A DNA stretch of 64,000 nt from Gemmatimonadales bacterium (GCA_965249575.1 OZ252244.1:2496001-2560000), one strand, 5' to 3'. Shown: positions 42,717 through 51,765, counted from the first letter of the stretch. Numbers and translations: made by a program. The notes: generated from the letters alone by a model not told the origin.

Positions 42717-43145
42717 CTAAAAAGGCAGCCCGGTATCATCGTCAGGGTGCTGCTCGGGATGGCCGTTCCCACTCGGCGGCACGCCGGCCAGCTGTTCCTG
42801 CAACTCGTGCCAACGCGGCCACTGCTTCATGTCGTCCGTCGGCTCGTCATCCCAGATCAAGACCTCGATGTCCTTGAACTTCCCGTTCTTCCCACGCTCC
42901 CACCCCTTGAAGCGACACTTGATGAACTTGCCGACGTCCCGGGGCGTGATCTGCCCGCCGAGGGAGGCCGAGCCCGCCAACCACACCGACTCGCCATCTT
43001 GCTGGACCAGCTCGTAGTTCATCCGACTCGGATACCGCGTATCCTGCGTGACCGCAGCGAGCAGCCCATGGGCTTTGCGCACATGGCCTTCGTCGTCGCC
43101 TAAGATGACGAGGTTGCTCACAGGTTTCCGTTCGTTCCATCCCAT
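42717..43145 (-). CDS. Probable single-stranded DNA-binding protein
   Basis: Beta-rich core, acidic DDDTGLPF C-terminus, GGAGGTG RBS. Confidence 0.65.
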   Translation of the reverse strand: MGWNERKPVSNLVILGDDEGHVRKAHGLLAAVTQDTRYPSRMNYELVQQDGESVWLAGSASLGGQITPRDVGKFIKCRFKGWERGKNGKFKDIEVLIWDDEPTDDMKQWPRWHELQEQLAGVPPSGNGHPEQHPDDDTGLPF

Positions 43146-43336
43146 CTTGACACCTCCGGCGTTCGTCCCCATCGTGGGGATGCATGAAGGTTCCTCGGCC
43201 CCGTTCGGTGAACTGCTAGGCACCGGGCGGGGCGCTCTGCGTCAACGAGTTGGCTGACGCCTCAACGGATTGTCTCCCCGCAGGCAATCATCGATCCAGA
43301 GGACCGCGACGGCCGTCACCACGATCCAGAGCAGCG

Positions 43337-43681
43337 TCACGCGACGACCTGCAAGCCCTGCGCGGCGGCGAACGGCGCGATACGGTGCTGAAACGACGTG
43401 GGCCCGAAGCTCGAGACCACCACGGGGATGTCGTCGACGCTCGCGATGACGCCCGTGCGCGGCAGCTGTTCGACTTCGTCCCGCACTTCGAGAAACCCGA
43501 ACACCGTCCACTGCTGCCCGGTCCCACGCATGGCGAGGACGCGCGTCATCCCCTCCGGCACCCCCTGGCCCGTCGCGAAGGCCAAGCTCATCGGTTGCCG
43601 ATTCCGCACCCACCAGCCGTGCGAGCGGAACCAGTGCTCCAACTCGTCCGTGGTGACGGGATGACCCGCGGGACACGTCAT
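43337..43681 (-). CDS. Phage hypothetical protein
   Basis: 114 aa coupled ORF. Confidence 0.55.
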   Translation of the reverse strand: MTCPAGHPVTTDELEHWFRSHGWWVRNRQPMSLAFATGQGVPEGMTRVLAMRGTGQQWTVFGFLEVRDEVEQLPRTGVIASVDDIPVVVSSFGPTSFQHRIAPFAAAQGLQVVA

Positions 43682-43742
43682 CCAACCACCTCCCAGCGGA
43701 TCGCCTTGACGCTGCCGACGTCGTTCAAGCGATCGCTGGCCT

Positions 43743-44114
43743 TCACGCCGCCTCCTGCAACCGGAACTCGTCCGCCTGCTGCCCCGCCATGCTCCACAGG
43801 TCGATGCCGTGTTCGCGCTGGAAGGTGTGAATCCCCAGCTGATGCTGGAGCGCGTGATGGTGCGCGCAGAGACTCACGGCGCCCCCGAGATCCGTCCCAC
43901 CGGCCCCCCGACTGCGCACATGCGCGACCTGCACCGGCTCCGGCTGGTTGCACTCGGGGATCACACAGCGTTGCGCGCGCAGCCAGATGCGGAATTGTTT
44001 GTGGACACGCTTCGGGAACCGATGCCCGCCCTTCGCCCGCAAGGGGGTGGACCGCGTGGGCGGCTTCCCCGGCCGCAGGGGGGTGGACCGGGGTACCGGG
44101 GTTCCGCGCTTCAC
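43743..44114 (-). CDS. DUF968/HNH-like zinc nuclease
   Basis: CVIPEC..AHVRSRGAGG.D...SLCAHHH..QH..G..TF. Confidence 0.7.
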   Translation of the reverse strand: MKRGTPVPRSTPLRPGKPPTRSTPLRAKGGHRFPKRVHKQFRIWLRAQRCVIPECNQPEPVQVAHVRSRGAGGTDLGGAVSLCAHHHALQHQLGIHTFQREHGIDLWSMAGQQADEFRLQEAA

Positions 44115-44250
44115 GGGGTCCCCGCAAAGCAGCGGTGAGAGTTCCGAGTCGAGGATGCAGTCGTGCGCCTGCAGATTTCGCGACGGCGGCGGTGAAGGAG
44201 TGTCGGGTACGCCGCAGCCGCAGTCGGCGGGAGGGCGGGTAGGTTTGCCG

Positions 44251-44712
44251 TCACCGGCCCACCCCGTGTTGCGCATCGCCCGCCGCCAGCTGGCACCGCA
44301 GCGCATGCAGCGCCCGCAGAATCACCACCCGCCGCTGCTTCCAGTTCGCGTCCGTCGGCGCAAACCCGTACATCGTTTGGCTCACGTCTTCCGCGCCGTC
44401 GGCGCGCTGTTCGGCGATCTCGAGATCCGCCGTGAGCGCGGTGTACTGCTGGTAGTAGCCGTCCCGAATGGCATCCATCCCCAAACACCAGCGATCGGCT
44501 AAGTCGATGCGGCCGGTTTCGACGCAGGCATGCACGACGCGCGTCGTGCGATAGAACCATTCGGGCTGATGTTTCTTGATGGTGGCGGGCGTCATCCGTA
44601 GATCGACCGAAGCGGCCAGGGCCCAGGCGGACGGCAACGACTGGTACGTCACGGCGTGCGGCCGCACCGTGCGGGCCGTGGAGCTTCTGTCGGTGGGCAT
44701 CGAACGCGTCAT
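44251..44712 (-). CDS. Phage hypothetical protein (cII position)
   Basis: ORF directly after cro-position gene. Confidence 0.55.
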   Translation of the reverse strand: MTRSMPTDRSSTARTVRPHAVTYQSLPSAWALAASVDLRMTPATIKKHQPEWFYRTTRVVHACVETGRIDLADRWCLGMDAIRDGYYQQYTALTADLEIAEQRADGAEDVSQTMYGFAPTDANWKQRRVVILRALHALRCQLAAGDAQHGVGR

Positions 44713-44719
44713 GCGGCGG

Positions 44720-44956
44720 CTAGGCTGCCCGATGGCGGACATGCGCGAAGACGGCGTCCCGCACATCAGCCGACTCCACGAAGGCGAGCATCACCATCCG
44801 CACACCGGCGGATTGAGTCCACCCAGAATTGTCCAACGCCGTAACGATCCGCTCCTTTTCGGCGTCAGAGACGGACCCGCCGACCGTCGCTCGACGGCCA
44901 TCGGGCGACTCTTGCTGAACCTGGGACCCAGGCGTAGATAAGACGTTGTCTGGCAC
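44720..44956 (-). CDS. Small DNA-binding protein, Cro position (RHH-like)
   Basis: TVGGSVSDAEKERI....GWTQSAGVR ribbon-helix-helix pattern; divergent from repressor. Confidence 0.6.
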   Translation of the reverse strand: MPDNVLSTPGSQVQQESPDGRRATVGGSVSDAEKERIVTALDNSGWTQSAGVRMVMLAFVESADVRDAVFAHVRHRAA

Positions 44957-45011
44957 TGGCTTAACCCGCGTTTGTGGCCTGCCTGACGCTAACAGATATA
45001 TGCGCGAGCTA

Positions 45012-45041
45012 AGAATATAGTACTTGCGTTAAGAAAGTCAA
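45012..45041 (-). promoter_or_regulatory. Early leftward promoter in cI/cro switch
   Basis: TTGACT-16-TATATT on minus strand; GCTAACAG/GCTAAGAA/GTTAAGAA motifs nearby may be operators. Confidence 0.55.
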
Positions 45042-45055
45042 CACTCCGGGGAGCG

Positions 45056-45604
45056 GTGCCTGTGGGGATCAGTCAAACCACATTTGCTCGTCGGCTGCGG
45101 GAGCTAGTTGATAGCGTCTGGGCAGGGTGGAAGAAGAAGGACATTGCCCAGAGGGCAGGGGTGAATGCGGTGACGCTGAGTCGCTGGAGGGACCCGAGCT
45201 ACATGAGCGGGCCTCCATCGCAGAAGGACTTGGGCGAGCTGGAACCGGCGCTCGGTCTGGGGAAGGGAACGCTCCTCGCCGACGCGAAGACGTGGAGGGT
45301 AGCGATTAAGCAGCTTAAAATGAGGCGTGACCGGGGTGACCCGAGTCAGCCTAGTGCGCATACCGATTTTGGTCCGGCTTCCGTGGAGCCGACAGCAGGC
45401 CCGTTAGAAGATGGCGGTCCCGAGGACTGGCTGTCGTTTGCACTCCGCTTCGCACGGATGCTGCGGGATCGAGAGGTGGAACTTGACCTAGATGTCCGAC
45501 TCGCCTTAATCAATGTTGCCGAACGAATCTGGAACAAACAGGGCGTGGAGATGGCGGACTACTTTGACGCCCTCCGCGAAGAGCAACGCCGACGCGCTTC
45601 ATGA
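45056..45604 (+). CDS. XRE-family (CI/ImmR-like) repressor
   Basis: FARRLREL..KKDIAQRAGVNAVTLSRW HTH; no S24 peptidase domain. Confidence 0.8.
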   Translation: MPVGISQTTFARRLRELVDSVWAGWKKKDIAQRAGVNAVTLSRWRDPSYMSGPPSQKDLGELEPALGLGKGTLLADAKTWRVAIKQLKMRRDRGDPSQPSAHTDFGPASVEPTAGPLEDGGPEDWLSFALRFARMLRDREVELDLDVRLALINVAERIWNKQGVEMADYFDALREEQRRRAS

Positions 45605-46106
45605 GCGCACCCGGCGCTGTGTCGCGATCTGCTGGGCCCTCGGCACGCTCTATGCCGACGACGTTTGGGCGCCGATATCCGCCTTGGACCTCGAGCTTCT
45701 GCTCGAACGGGCTCACATTCTGGTCGAGCAACTCCCCCTCCACGGCCCCGCCGAGATCGTCTGGCCGGCGATTTGTGGCATCTACTCGATGTTTGTAGAG
45801 CGCATGCAGACTAAAGGCGAGAAAGCCCTGGCCATGCGCCACGGCCTTGGCCACGTCCTGGCCGGCGACCTCACCGATGCTAGCTGTAACCATGACTGCA
45901 GCCACTGGAGCGATTTTGAGGAGGCGGCTGCGGATCTCTTTGCGATGGTTGATCTCATCCCGAAGCGCATGCTCATCGAGTGGCAGGCCGTGTGCGAAAC
46001 GCCGGGCGAGCTTGAGGTCTACGTGGCCGCCGAGCTTCGGCGCTACGTCCCCGACTGGCCCGACGAACGAATCGCCGATCGGGTGATGCTGAGGCTGGCA
46101 CTGTGA
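45513..46106 (+). CDS. ImmA/IrrE-family protein with HGLGH instead of HExxH
   Basis: ALAMRHGLGHVL..EEAAADLFA...LIP; follows repressor; true start uncertain. Confidence 0.7.
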   Translation: MLPNESGTNRAWRWRTTLTPSAKSNADALHERTRRCVAICWALGTLYADDVWAPISALDLELLLERAHILVEQLPLHGPAEIVWPAICGIYSMFVERMQTKGEKALAMRHGLGHVLAGDLTDASCNHDCSHWSDFEEAAADLFAMVDLIPKRMLIEWQAVCETPGELEVYVAAELRRYVPDWPDERIADRVMLRLAL

Positions 46107-47374
46107 GCCGCAAGAGAGCGGTGCGTTATCCGACGACGGTGGTACTGGCAGTTCTCGCATTGGCTTGTTCAGAGAATCCGAGCGCCCCTCCCCAAAGTGG
46201 AGGCGGGGCTAACCCCACCAATCCACCACCACCGGATCCACCACTACTTCCGCCAACAACCAAGACTCTCGAATTCAAGGCGCTCGCCGCAGGGGGCGGG
46301 CACACATGCGCCATCACGCGCGTCGATGAGACCTACTGCTGGGGAGTCAACTTGACCGGTCAGTTGGGGATCGCGGACACGACGATTCAAACCACGCCCG
46401 TTTTTGTGTCTAATGACTTCGGTAGTGTTACCGCAGGCGGAGCACACACATGTGCTATAGACAGCCGCAGTGAGCTCTACTGCTGGGGTGATAACGGCCG
46501 TGGGCAACTTGGACGCGGCTCTTCCGGCATCTTTTCAAGTACTCCGGCAAAGGTCGTACAACTTCCACCGGTATCGAAGGCCGCAGCCTATAGCCAGACA
46601 ACCTGTGCCGTGACCTTGACTGGGGAGGTGTACTGTTGGGGTGACAATATCTGGGGGAAGCTCGGGCTCTCTTTTCTCTGGCCCAACGGAACATTCGAAT
46701 CCGCGGTGCCTGTGCAGATAACAGCCCAAGTCGAGTTCACAGACGTCTCGGTTGGCGCCTATCACGCCTGCGCGCTCGACACGGTAGGTTATGTGCATTG
46801 TTGGGGCTGGGGGTTGCAACTGGGCACTGGAACAGTCAGCAACAGGGAGGTCCTCTCGCCTCTCCCGGTGGCTGGAAACAATCTTTTTACCACAATCAGT
46901 TCTGCGGCCCATACCTGTGGCATCGCTACAAACGGGGATGGATGGTGTTGGGGGGATGACGGTCGAGGGGAAATGGGCAACGGAAATTGGGGTGAGTCGA
47001 CCGGTACACCGACGAAAGTTGTTGGCGCACTCACGTTCACGGGACGCATGGCCACTGGCGGAGGACTCAGCGGCCTTGGTGGGGATCCATATACTTGCGC
47101 CACCACTGCGGGCATGACCGCCTACTGTTGGGGTGGGAACAGTGAAGGCCAATTGGGGAACGGGATTACTACACAGGCGGTGACGACTGAGCCCCGTCTG
47201 GTTGAGGGCAACCACGAATTCACTCGCGTCGTTGCTGGTTACCGACATGCGTGTGCCATCACCCTGACCTACGAAGCGTATTGCTGGGGGCGTAACACGT
47301 GGGGCAACCTCGGCGACAGCACTACAACAGATAGCAACGTCCCGGTGAAGGTCGTGAATGAAGTGGAAGCGTGA
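46103..47374 (+). CDS. RCC1-repeat lipoprotein (cargo)
   Basis: LALAC lipobox; about 7 AG..HTC....CWG.N..GQLG repeats. Confidence 0.9.
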   Translation: MSRKRAVRYPTTVVLAVLALACSENPSAPPQSGGGANPTNPPPPDPPLLPPTTKTLEFKALAAGGGHTCAITRVDETYCWGVNLTGQLGIADTTIQTTPVFVSNDFGSVTAGGAHTCAIDSRSELYCWGDNGRGQLGRGSSGIFSSTPAKVVQLPPVSKAAAYSQTTCAVTLTGEVYCWGDNIWGKLGLSFLWPNGTFESAVPVQITAQVEFTDVSVGAYHACALDTVGYVHCWGWGLQLGTGTVSNREVLSPLPVAGNNLFTTISSAAHTCGIATNGDGWCWGDDGRGEMGNGNWGESTGTPTKVVGALTFTGRMATGGGLSGLGGDPYTCATTAGMTAYCWGGNSEGQLGNGITTQAVTTEPRLVEGNHEFTRVVAGYRHACAITLTYEAYCWGRNTWGNLGDSTTTDSNVPVKVVNEVEA

Positions 47375-47376
47375 AC

Positions 47377-48040
47377 CAATGACCACGCCGCTCGACGAGC
47401 ACGGCCAACCGATCGCCGGCGGATACAACGCCTGGAGCATCTACCGCCGCTCGATCGACGAGATGCTCGGGCTCTGCAAAGGGGTGATCCTCGACGGCCA
47501 CGTGACGGACAGTGAAGCGGTCGCGCTCGACCAATGGCTCGGGGCGCATGCAGAAGTCACGCAGACATGGCCGGGGAATATTTTGGCCCAACGGCTCCGG
47601 ACTATCTTCGCAAATGCGATCGTCGAGGAGGACGAGCGGGCCGACCTGAAGGACCTGCTAGAGAAGATAACTGGCCCCGATTCCGACTTCACCACGGTCG
47701 GCGGCCAGTCCACCACGCTTCCCCTCGATGAGCCGCCACCGACCATCCTGTTTGACAACTACGCCTTTTGCTTTACCGGCCGGTTCGCCTGGGGCCCGCG
47801 CAAACGCTGTGAGCGGGCCGTCGCGGAGCGGGGGGCACGAGTCCACTCGGCACCCAAGCTCGACACGAACTACTTGGTGATCGGCACGTTTGCCAGTCGG
47901 GACTGGGCGCACGCGAGTTATGGGCGCAAGATCGAGGGCGTGATCAAGCGCCGGATGGATGGCCACGCCTGCGCAATCATCGGCGAGCGGCATTGGGCCG
48001 AGGCGCTGGAGCAATGACCACCCCGCTCGACGAGCCCGGC
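47377..48040 (+). repeat. 29-bp direct repeat flanking the BRCT gene (47377-47405 and 48012-48040)
   Basis: CAATGACCAC(G/C)CCGCTCGACGAGC(A/C)CGGC, 27/29 identical. Confidence 0.9.
47379..48017 (+). CDS. BRCT-domain protein with TerB-like N-terminus (cargo)
   Basis: LGLCKGVILDGHV..EA..L..W; FCFTGRF..R; YLVIG..SRDW...YGRKIE. Confidence 0.8.
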   Translation: MTTPLDEHGQPIAGGYNAWSIYRRSIDEMLGLCKGVILDGHVTDSEAVALDQWLGAHAEVTQTWPGNILAQRLRTIFANAIVEEDERADLKDLLEKITGPDSDFTTVGGQSTTLPLDEPPPTILFDNYAFCFTGRFAWGPRKRCERAVAERGARVHSAPKLDTNYLVIGTFASRDWAHASYGRKIEGVIKRRMDGHACAIIGERHWAEALEQ

Positions 48041-48169
48041 AGGACCGGCCCCACGGATCCTGAGCCGCCACCGGGCCCACCGCGCCCACCGCGCCCGGAT
48101 TTCCCCGACCACAAGGGTGAGCCCCCGTGGCCCCGGCCGCAGCCGCCTACGCCAAGGCCAGAACGGTGA
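48014..48169 (+). CDS. Pro-rich 51-aa peptide
   Basis: MTTPLDEPGRTGPTDPEPPPGPPRPPRPDF...; ATGA-coupled to BRCT gene. Confidence 0.45.
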   Translation: MTTPLDEPGRTGPTDPEPPPGPPRPPRPDFPDHKGEPPWPRPQPPTPRPER

Positions 48170-48629
48170 GCGCCACGACTTCCACGGCCAGCGCGCGCAG
48201 GGCCTGCCAGAACGCGTCGCGTTTCCGGCGGTAGGCCACGAGGTTGTCGCGGTGCTGCTCGGCCATGTACTCCATGCGGTAGAGCTGGTACGCCGCAGGC
48301 TGGAGCGTCAACCAGTCGGTGCGGAGTAGTTCCTTCGGATGGAGCAACCGCCATTCGATCGGCCGCAGGGCCCGGAACGCACCGACCGCGACGACGATCC
48401 ACGCGACCAAGGCGATGGCAAGCGCCCCCCACGCCACGGGGGTCAGGAGCGCGCCGCGAATCGCCGGCACCACGCCCATGACCAGTGCCCCCATGCCAAA
48501 CACCGCGGCCGCTTTCGTGTCCAGGTGCTCACTCCAGCGTTCGAGCAGGTCGAGCGCGCCGGCGATGTCGAGGGCGGCGACGCGCAGCGTGTCGGCGTCC
48601 AGGGTCAACGGATTGAGTTCAGTCTGCAT
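48147..48629 (-). CDS. Pycsar-effector (DUF5706)-like membrane protein
   Basis: LDTKA followed by TM helices, ALRP, N...RRK..F..A plus final TM; own TATACT -10 and GGAGGT RBS. Confidence 0.6.
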   Translation of the reverse strand: MQTELNPLTLDADTLRVAALDIAGALDLLERWSEHLDTKAAAVFGMGALVMGVVPAIRGALLTPVAWGALAIALVAWIVVAVGAFRALRPIEWRLLHPKELLRTDWLTLQPAAYQLYRMEYMAEQHRDNLVAYRRKRDAFWQALRALAVEVVALTVLALA

Positions 48630-48888
48630 GGGGCAACCTCCTGCCCTAGTATAACGACGCCCCCTACCGGGCGCGGGGGCTCCCCCCGCCCGTGACCGCG
48701 GCCACGAGCTGAAAGGCCTTCAGCTGTTCCTCGGGCTCCCGGTTGCGCCGCATCAAGTCGAGCGCCACCACGACGGGCCCCGGCAATAAGTTCCTGGCCC
48801 ACCACTTGCTCTGCTTTGGATCCACCCTTCCGCTTAGTGGGTATTGATAGCAGGTTCGGAGGACGATAAGAGGAAGAGGAAGGGCTAC

Positions 48889-49140
48889 ATGGACGAGCAG
48901 GTGCCTGACGGATATACGGATGCTGTCCAGATGAACGTTTCGCCGTTCGGGGTGACGATGCCCTCTACTACCGCACGAGTGCCGGACGTGATGACCGTCC
49001 CACCACTTCGCATCCCCGTCCAGATTGATTACAAGCTGCAAGAAGTCGTCGATTCTGTGATGCGCGGGATTGAGGAAGCGCGACTGAATCAGGGTGAGTT
49101 CATGACAGACGCCGATCTGCGAACGGACGACGACGAGTAG
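48889..49140 (+). CDS. Chimeric DUF3467-like/antitoxin-like small protein
   Basis: PDGYTDAVQMNVSPFGVTM N-terminus; VMRGIEEARLNQGEF antitoxin-like end. Confidence 0.5.
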   Translation: MDEQVPDGYTDAVQMNVSPFGVTMPSTTARVPDVMTVPPLRIPVQIDYKLQEVVDSVMRGIEEARLNQGEFMTDADLRTDDDE

Positions 49141-49241
49141 TGCCGAGGCCGTACAGACTCAAACTGACGCCGTCGGCGACTGCCCAACGTGATCGACTGG
49201 AACGGACCGACCCGAAGCGACACAAGAAACTACTCCCCTAG
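49140..49241 (+). pseudogene. Truncated RelE-like toxin
   Basis: PYRLKLTPSATAQRDRLERTDPKRHKKL then stop after 33 aa. Confidence 0.5.
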
Positions 49242-49256
49242 ACTCAGGAGGTACCG

Positions 49257-49751
49257 GTGTCTTCGTCCCTTCGTTTGCTCGTCGCGCTCCTCGCGCTCCC
49301 CACCCTTGGTTGCGGGGTGATCTTCAACGGCACCCGCCAGAACGTGCACGTCACGTCTAGTCCCAACGGAGCGACGGTCAGCACCAATCCCACGACCGCG
49401 GAGTACCGCACGCCCGCCTCCCTCAACCTTGAGCGGAAGAACACCTACACCCTAACGCTCTCAATGGACGGCTACTCGTCCGCCACCTTCGAAGTCGGGA
49501 AGCACCTGCAGGGTGGAATCCTGGCGCTGGATATTCTCTTCACGGGCCTCATCGGGGTGATTGTCGACGCCGCGACGGGCTCGTGGTTCTCGCTCAAACC
49601 GGAGACCGTGAACCTGACGCTGGAACGCGTCGCCTTTGATGGGGGTGGACCCGCGACGATCGAGGTGCTTGTGCGCACCGACGTGGACGACGCCGACTTT
49701 CGGATCGAGTCGTCTGTGCCCGGGGTCACCGTCGAAGTGGAGACACACTGA
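49257..49751 (+). CDS. PEGA-domain lipoprotein
   Basis: TLGC lipobox; NGTRQNV.VTSSPNGA, TPA, IVDAATG. Confidence 0.75.
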   Translation: MSSSLRLLVALLALPTLGCGVIFNGTRQNVHVTSSPNGATVSTNPTTAEYRTPASLNLERKNTYTLTLSMDGYSSATFEVGKHLQGGILALDILFTGLIGVIVDAATGSWFSLKPETVNLTLERVAFDGGGPATIEVLVRTDVDDADFRIESSVPGVTVEVETH

Positions 49752-49797
49752 GGACCGGCGAGCGGGTGGAGGATCGGGTGACGCTGAGGTTGGCGTT

Positions 49798-50346
49798 GTG
49801 AGCAAGGGATTCTTGGTGACAGCCGGTGTATTGGTCGGCGCGCCCATCGCCTGGGCGCTGCTTTCGTACGGGACGGTCGCGCCCTGTCAGATGGCGGCGA
49901 AGGAAGCCGCCCGGCAGATCGTTCGAGAGACGGCGGCGGAGTCCAACCCATTGGCCACGATGGCGGCCGGTGCGATGGCGACCGCGGGCGAGCGGACGGC
50001 GGAGGCGCAGGTCAGCGAACGGGGCCTCCTGTGGTGTGCCCAGACCGTGTTCGTATTGAAGACCGGGGGCAGAGAACGTGCTTACCTCGCGACGATGCAG
50101 TCCGATCTTCGGAACCTGATCACCGCAGAAGGAGCATACTACCAAGACAACGGAGCGTATACCACCTCCCTGCGACCCTCGTGGTACACGGTTTCGGGCG
50201 GCGTGACCGCGCCAATCATCACCGTTACGGCCGATGGCTTCACCGCGTCGGTCGGTCACAACCTGACTACAAAGACCTGCGCGGTCTATGTGGGAACGAC
50301 CACGTTGGCCCCAGCGACCAGGAAAGGCGAGCCCGCCTGCTGGTAA
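49798..50346 (+). CDS. Membrane protein fused to a type IV pilin globular domain
   Basis: N-terminal TM + YGTVAPC; C-terminal ERAYLATMQSDLRNLITAEGAYY.DN..Y...H....C...G....GEPAC; no prepilin GFTLIE leader. Confidence 0.7.
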   Translation: MSKGFLVTAGVLVGAPIAWALLSYGTVAPCQMAAKEAARQIVRETAAESNPLATMAAGAMATAGERTAEAQVSERGLLWCAQTVFVLKTGGRERAYLATMQSDLRNLITAEGAYYQDNGAYTTSLRPSWYTVSGGVTAPIITVTADGFTASVGHNLTTKTCAVYVGTTTLAPATRKGEPACW

Positions 50347-50777
50347 GCCTCTTAGTGGTTATCGTTCTCGTGATCTCGGTCCCACAACCAACGCGCGCCC
50401 AGGAGAACCGCTGCCGGCAGCCGTCGAAGCGGGCTATCGAAGACATCCGATCTACGCTCGACATCAACGGACCCTACAAGATCATCCGCACTGCGGCAAT
50501 CAACTCAACCGACCACGCTAACTTCCGCCTTGTTGCCATCACCTTTACGGCGGCAGGCATCGAGACACCCGAGACCCTGGTGTTCTTGGTCTCGGGGAAA
50601 GTCGGTACACCACCCGGCATGTACCTGGCAGGTGACGCGATGACAAAAAACTTCAGCGTCGTCCCGCGGGCCCGAGACACACGAGCCGGTGCCGTCCGCG
50701 GGACGACCAGCTACAACCTCATTGAGACGTTGCAGCGGAGAGAGAAAGACACGGTGACGCATGAACAAGACGATTGA
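50340..50777 (+). pseudogene. Exported protein fragment, 5' start lost, 3' end possibly from a hicA
   Basis: Signal-like LLVVIVLVISV..TRAQEN with no clear start; tail overlaps hicB ATG. Confidence 0.45.
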
Positions 50778-51165
50778 CTACTACCGATCGCTGCCGTACA
50801 CCCGTCTCGCCACGCCTGTGGATGAGGGCGATGGGTCGAGGCCCTATTGGGTCGCGTACGTCGTGGAGCTCACGGGGTGCAAGACCGATGGCGCGTCGAA
50901 ACCGGAGGCGATGCGGAATCTCGACGACGCCTTCGACGAGTTCATCGAGGCGAAGCTCGCCTGGGGAAGCGCGATTCCCGAGCCAGCCCGAATCCCACAC
51001 GGAAAGCCCATAGCCAGGGGAAGGGTTGTCGCCCAATGGATTCAGAAAAACACCGATCTCGAACAATGGCTCGCTGCGACCGACCGGCGGGTCGCGGTCC
51101 GCGTGACGGACCGAGGGAGTGAACGGCTGCCGGAGGAAACGAGCGAAACGGCCCTCGTGGCCTAG
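50761..51165 (+). CDS. hicB: HicB-family antitoxin (orphan)
   Basis: YYRSLPY, WVAYVVELTGCKTDG...EA..NL.DA, IPEP. Confidence 0.8.
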   Translation: MNKTIDYYRSLPYTRLATPVDEGDGSRPYWVAYVVELTGCKTDGASKPEAMRNLDDAFDEFIEAKLAWGSAIPEPARIPHGKPIARGRVVAQWIQKNTDLEQWLAATDRRVAVRVTDRGSERLPEETSETALVA

Positions 51166-51388
51166 TAGCTGGGGTTCAGCGGAAATGAGAAGCGGGCGAT
51201 TCCCGGCCCCGTGGTGGCGGCCGTCACCTGCTGGCTCGAGGTGCAGCGGCGGGAGGCAACGGTCGGGGGTTGACGGATTCGTACGGACCCTGCCGATTAT
51301 AGATAGGATACCGAGGGTGGCGAGCCTTGCTCAGGCACAAAGATTGCCGTGTGGTGTACGAGACGACCCCCAGCAACGGAACGGACGA

Positions 51389-51625
51389 ATGAACCCTCGC
51401 TTTGCCGATTCGATTCTCGCCTTTCTCGTTGGATATGCGAGCATCTTGAACCTGTGTCCCATGCTGCGCAATCCGGCCTCACTGCACCTCGAGGTGTCCG
51501 GACAGTCGGTCAAGAACGAGGATTTCGTGGCCGTTGGTCTGGACTGGGCGCAGGTCAGCGAGGACACGAAACTCGCCTTCCAGCGCCTCGCCGACGAAAT
51601 GGAGCTTGAGCCCGAGGCCGCGTGA
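51389..51625 (+). CDS. Small hypothetical cargo protein
   Basis: AFLVGYASILNL...DWAQVSED..AF pattern of small moron proteins. Confidence 0.6.
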   Translation: MNPRFADSILAFLVGYASILNLCPMLRNPASLHLEVSGQSVKNEDFVAVGLDWAQVSEDTKLAFQRLADEMELEPEAA

Positions 51626-51699
51626 GCCAGAAGAAGCGAAAAGAAAAGAAACACGCGGGCCATAGCCCCGTGGGCCTGGCGGTGATGTTCACAGCGATC

Positions 51700-51765
51700 G
51701 CGCCGGATGTTCGTTTTCCCGTCGCCATGGATATACATGTTCATCTTGGCAATTCCTGATAGCAT
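51700..51765 (-). pseudogene. 22-codon fragment of an N6-DNA methyltransferase
   Basis: MLSGIAKMNMYIHGDGKTNIRR matches the AKMNMxxHGDG motif of type I/IIG MTases. Confidence 0.6.
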
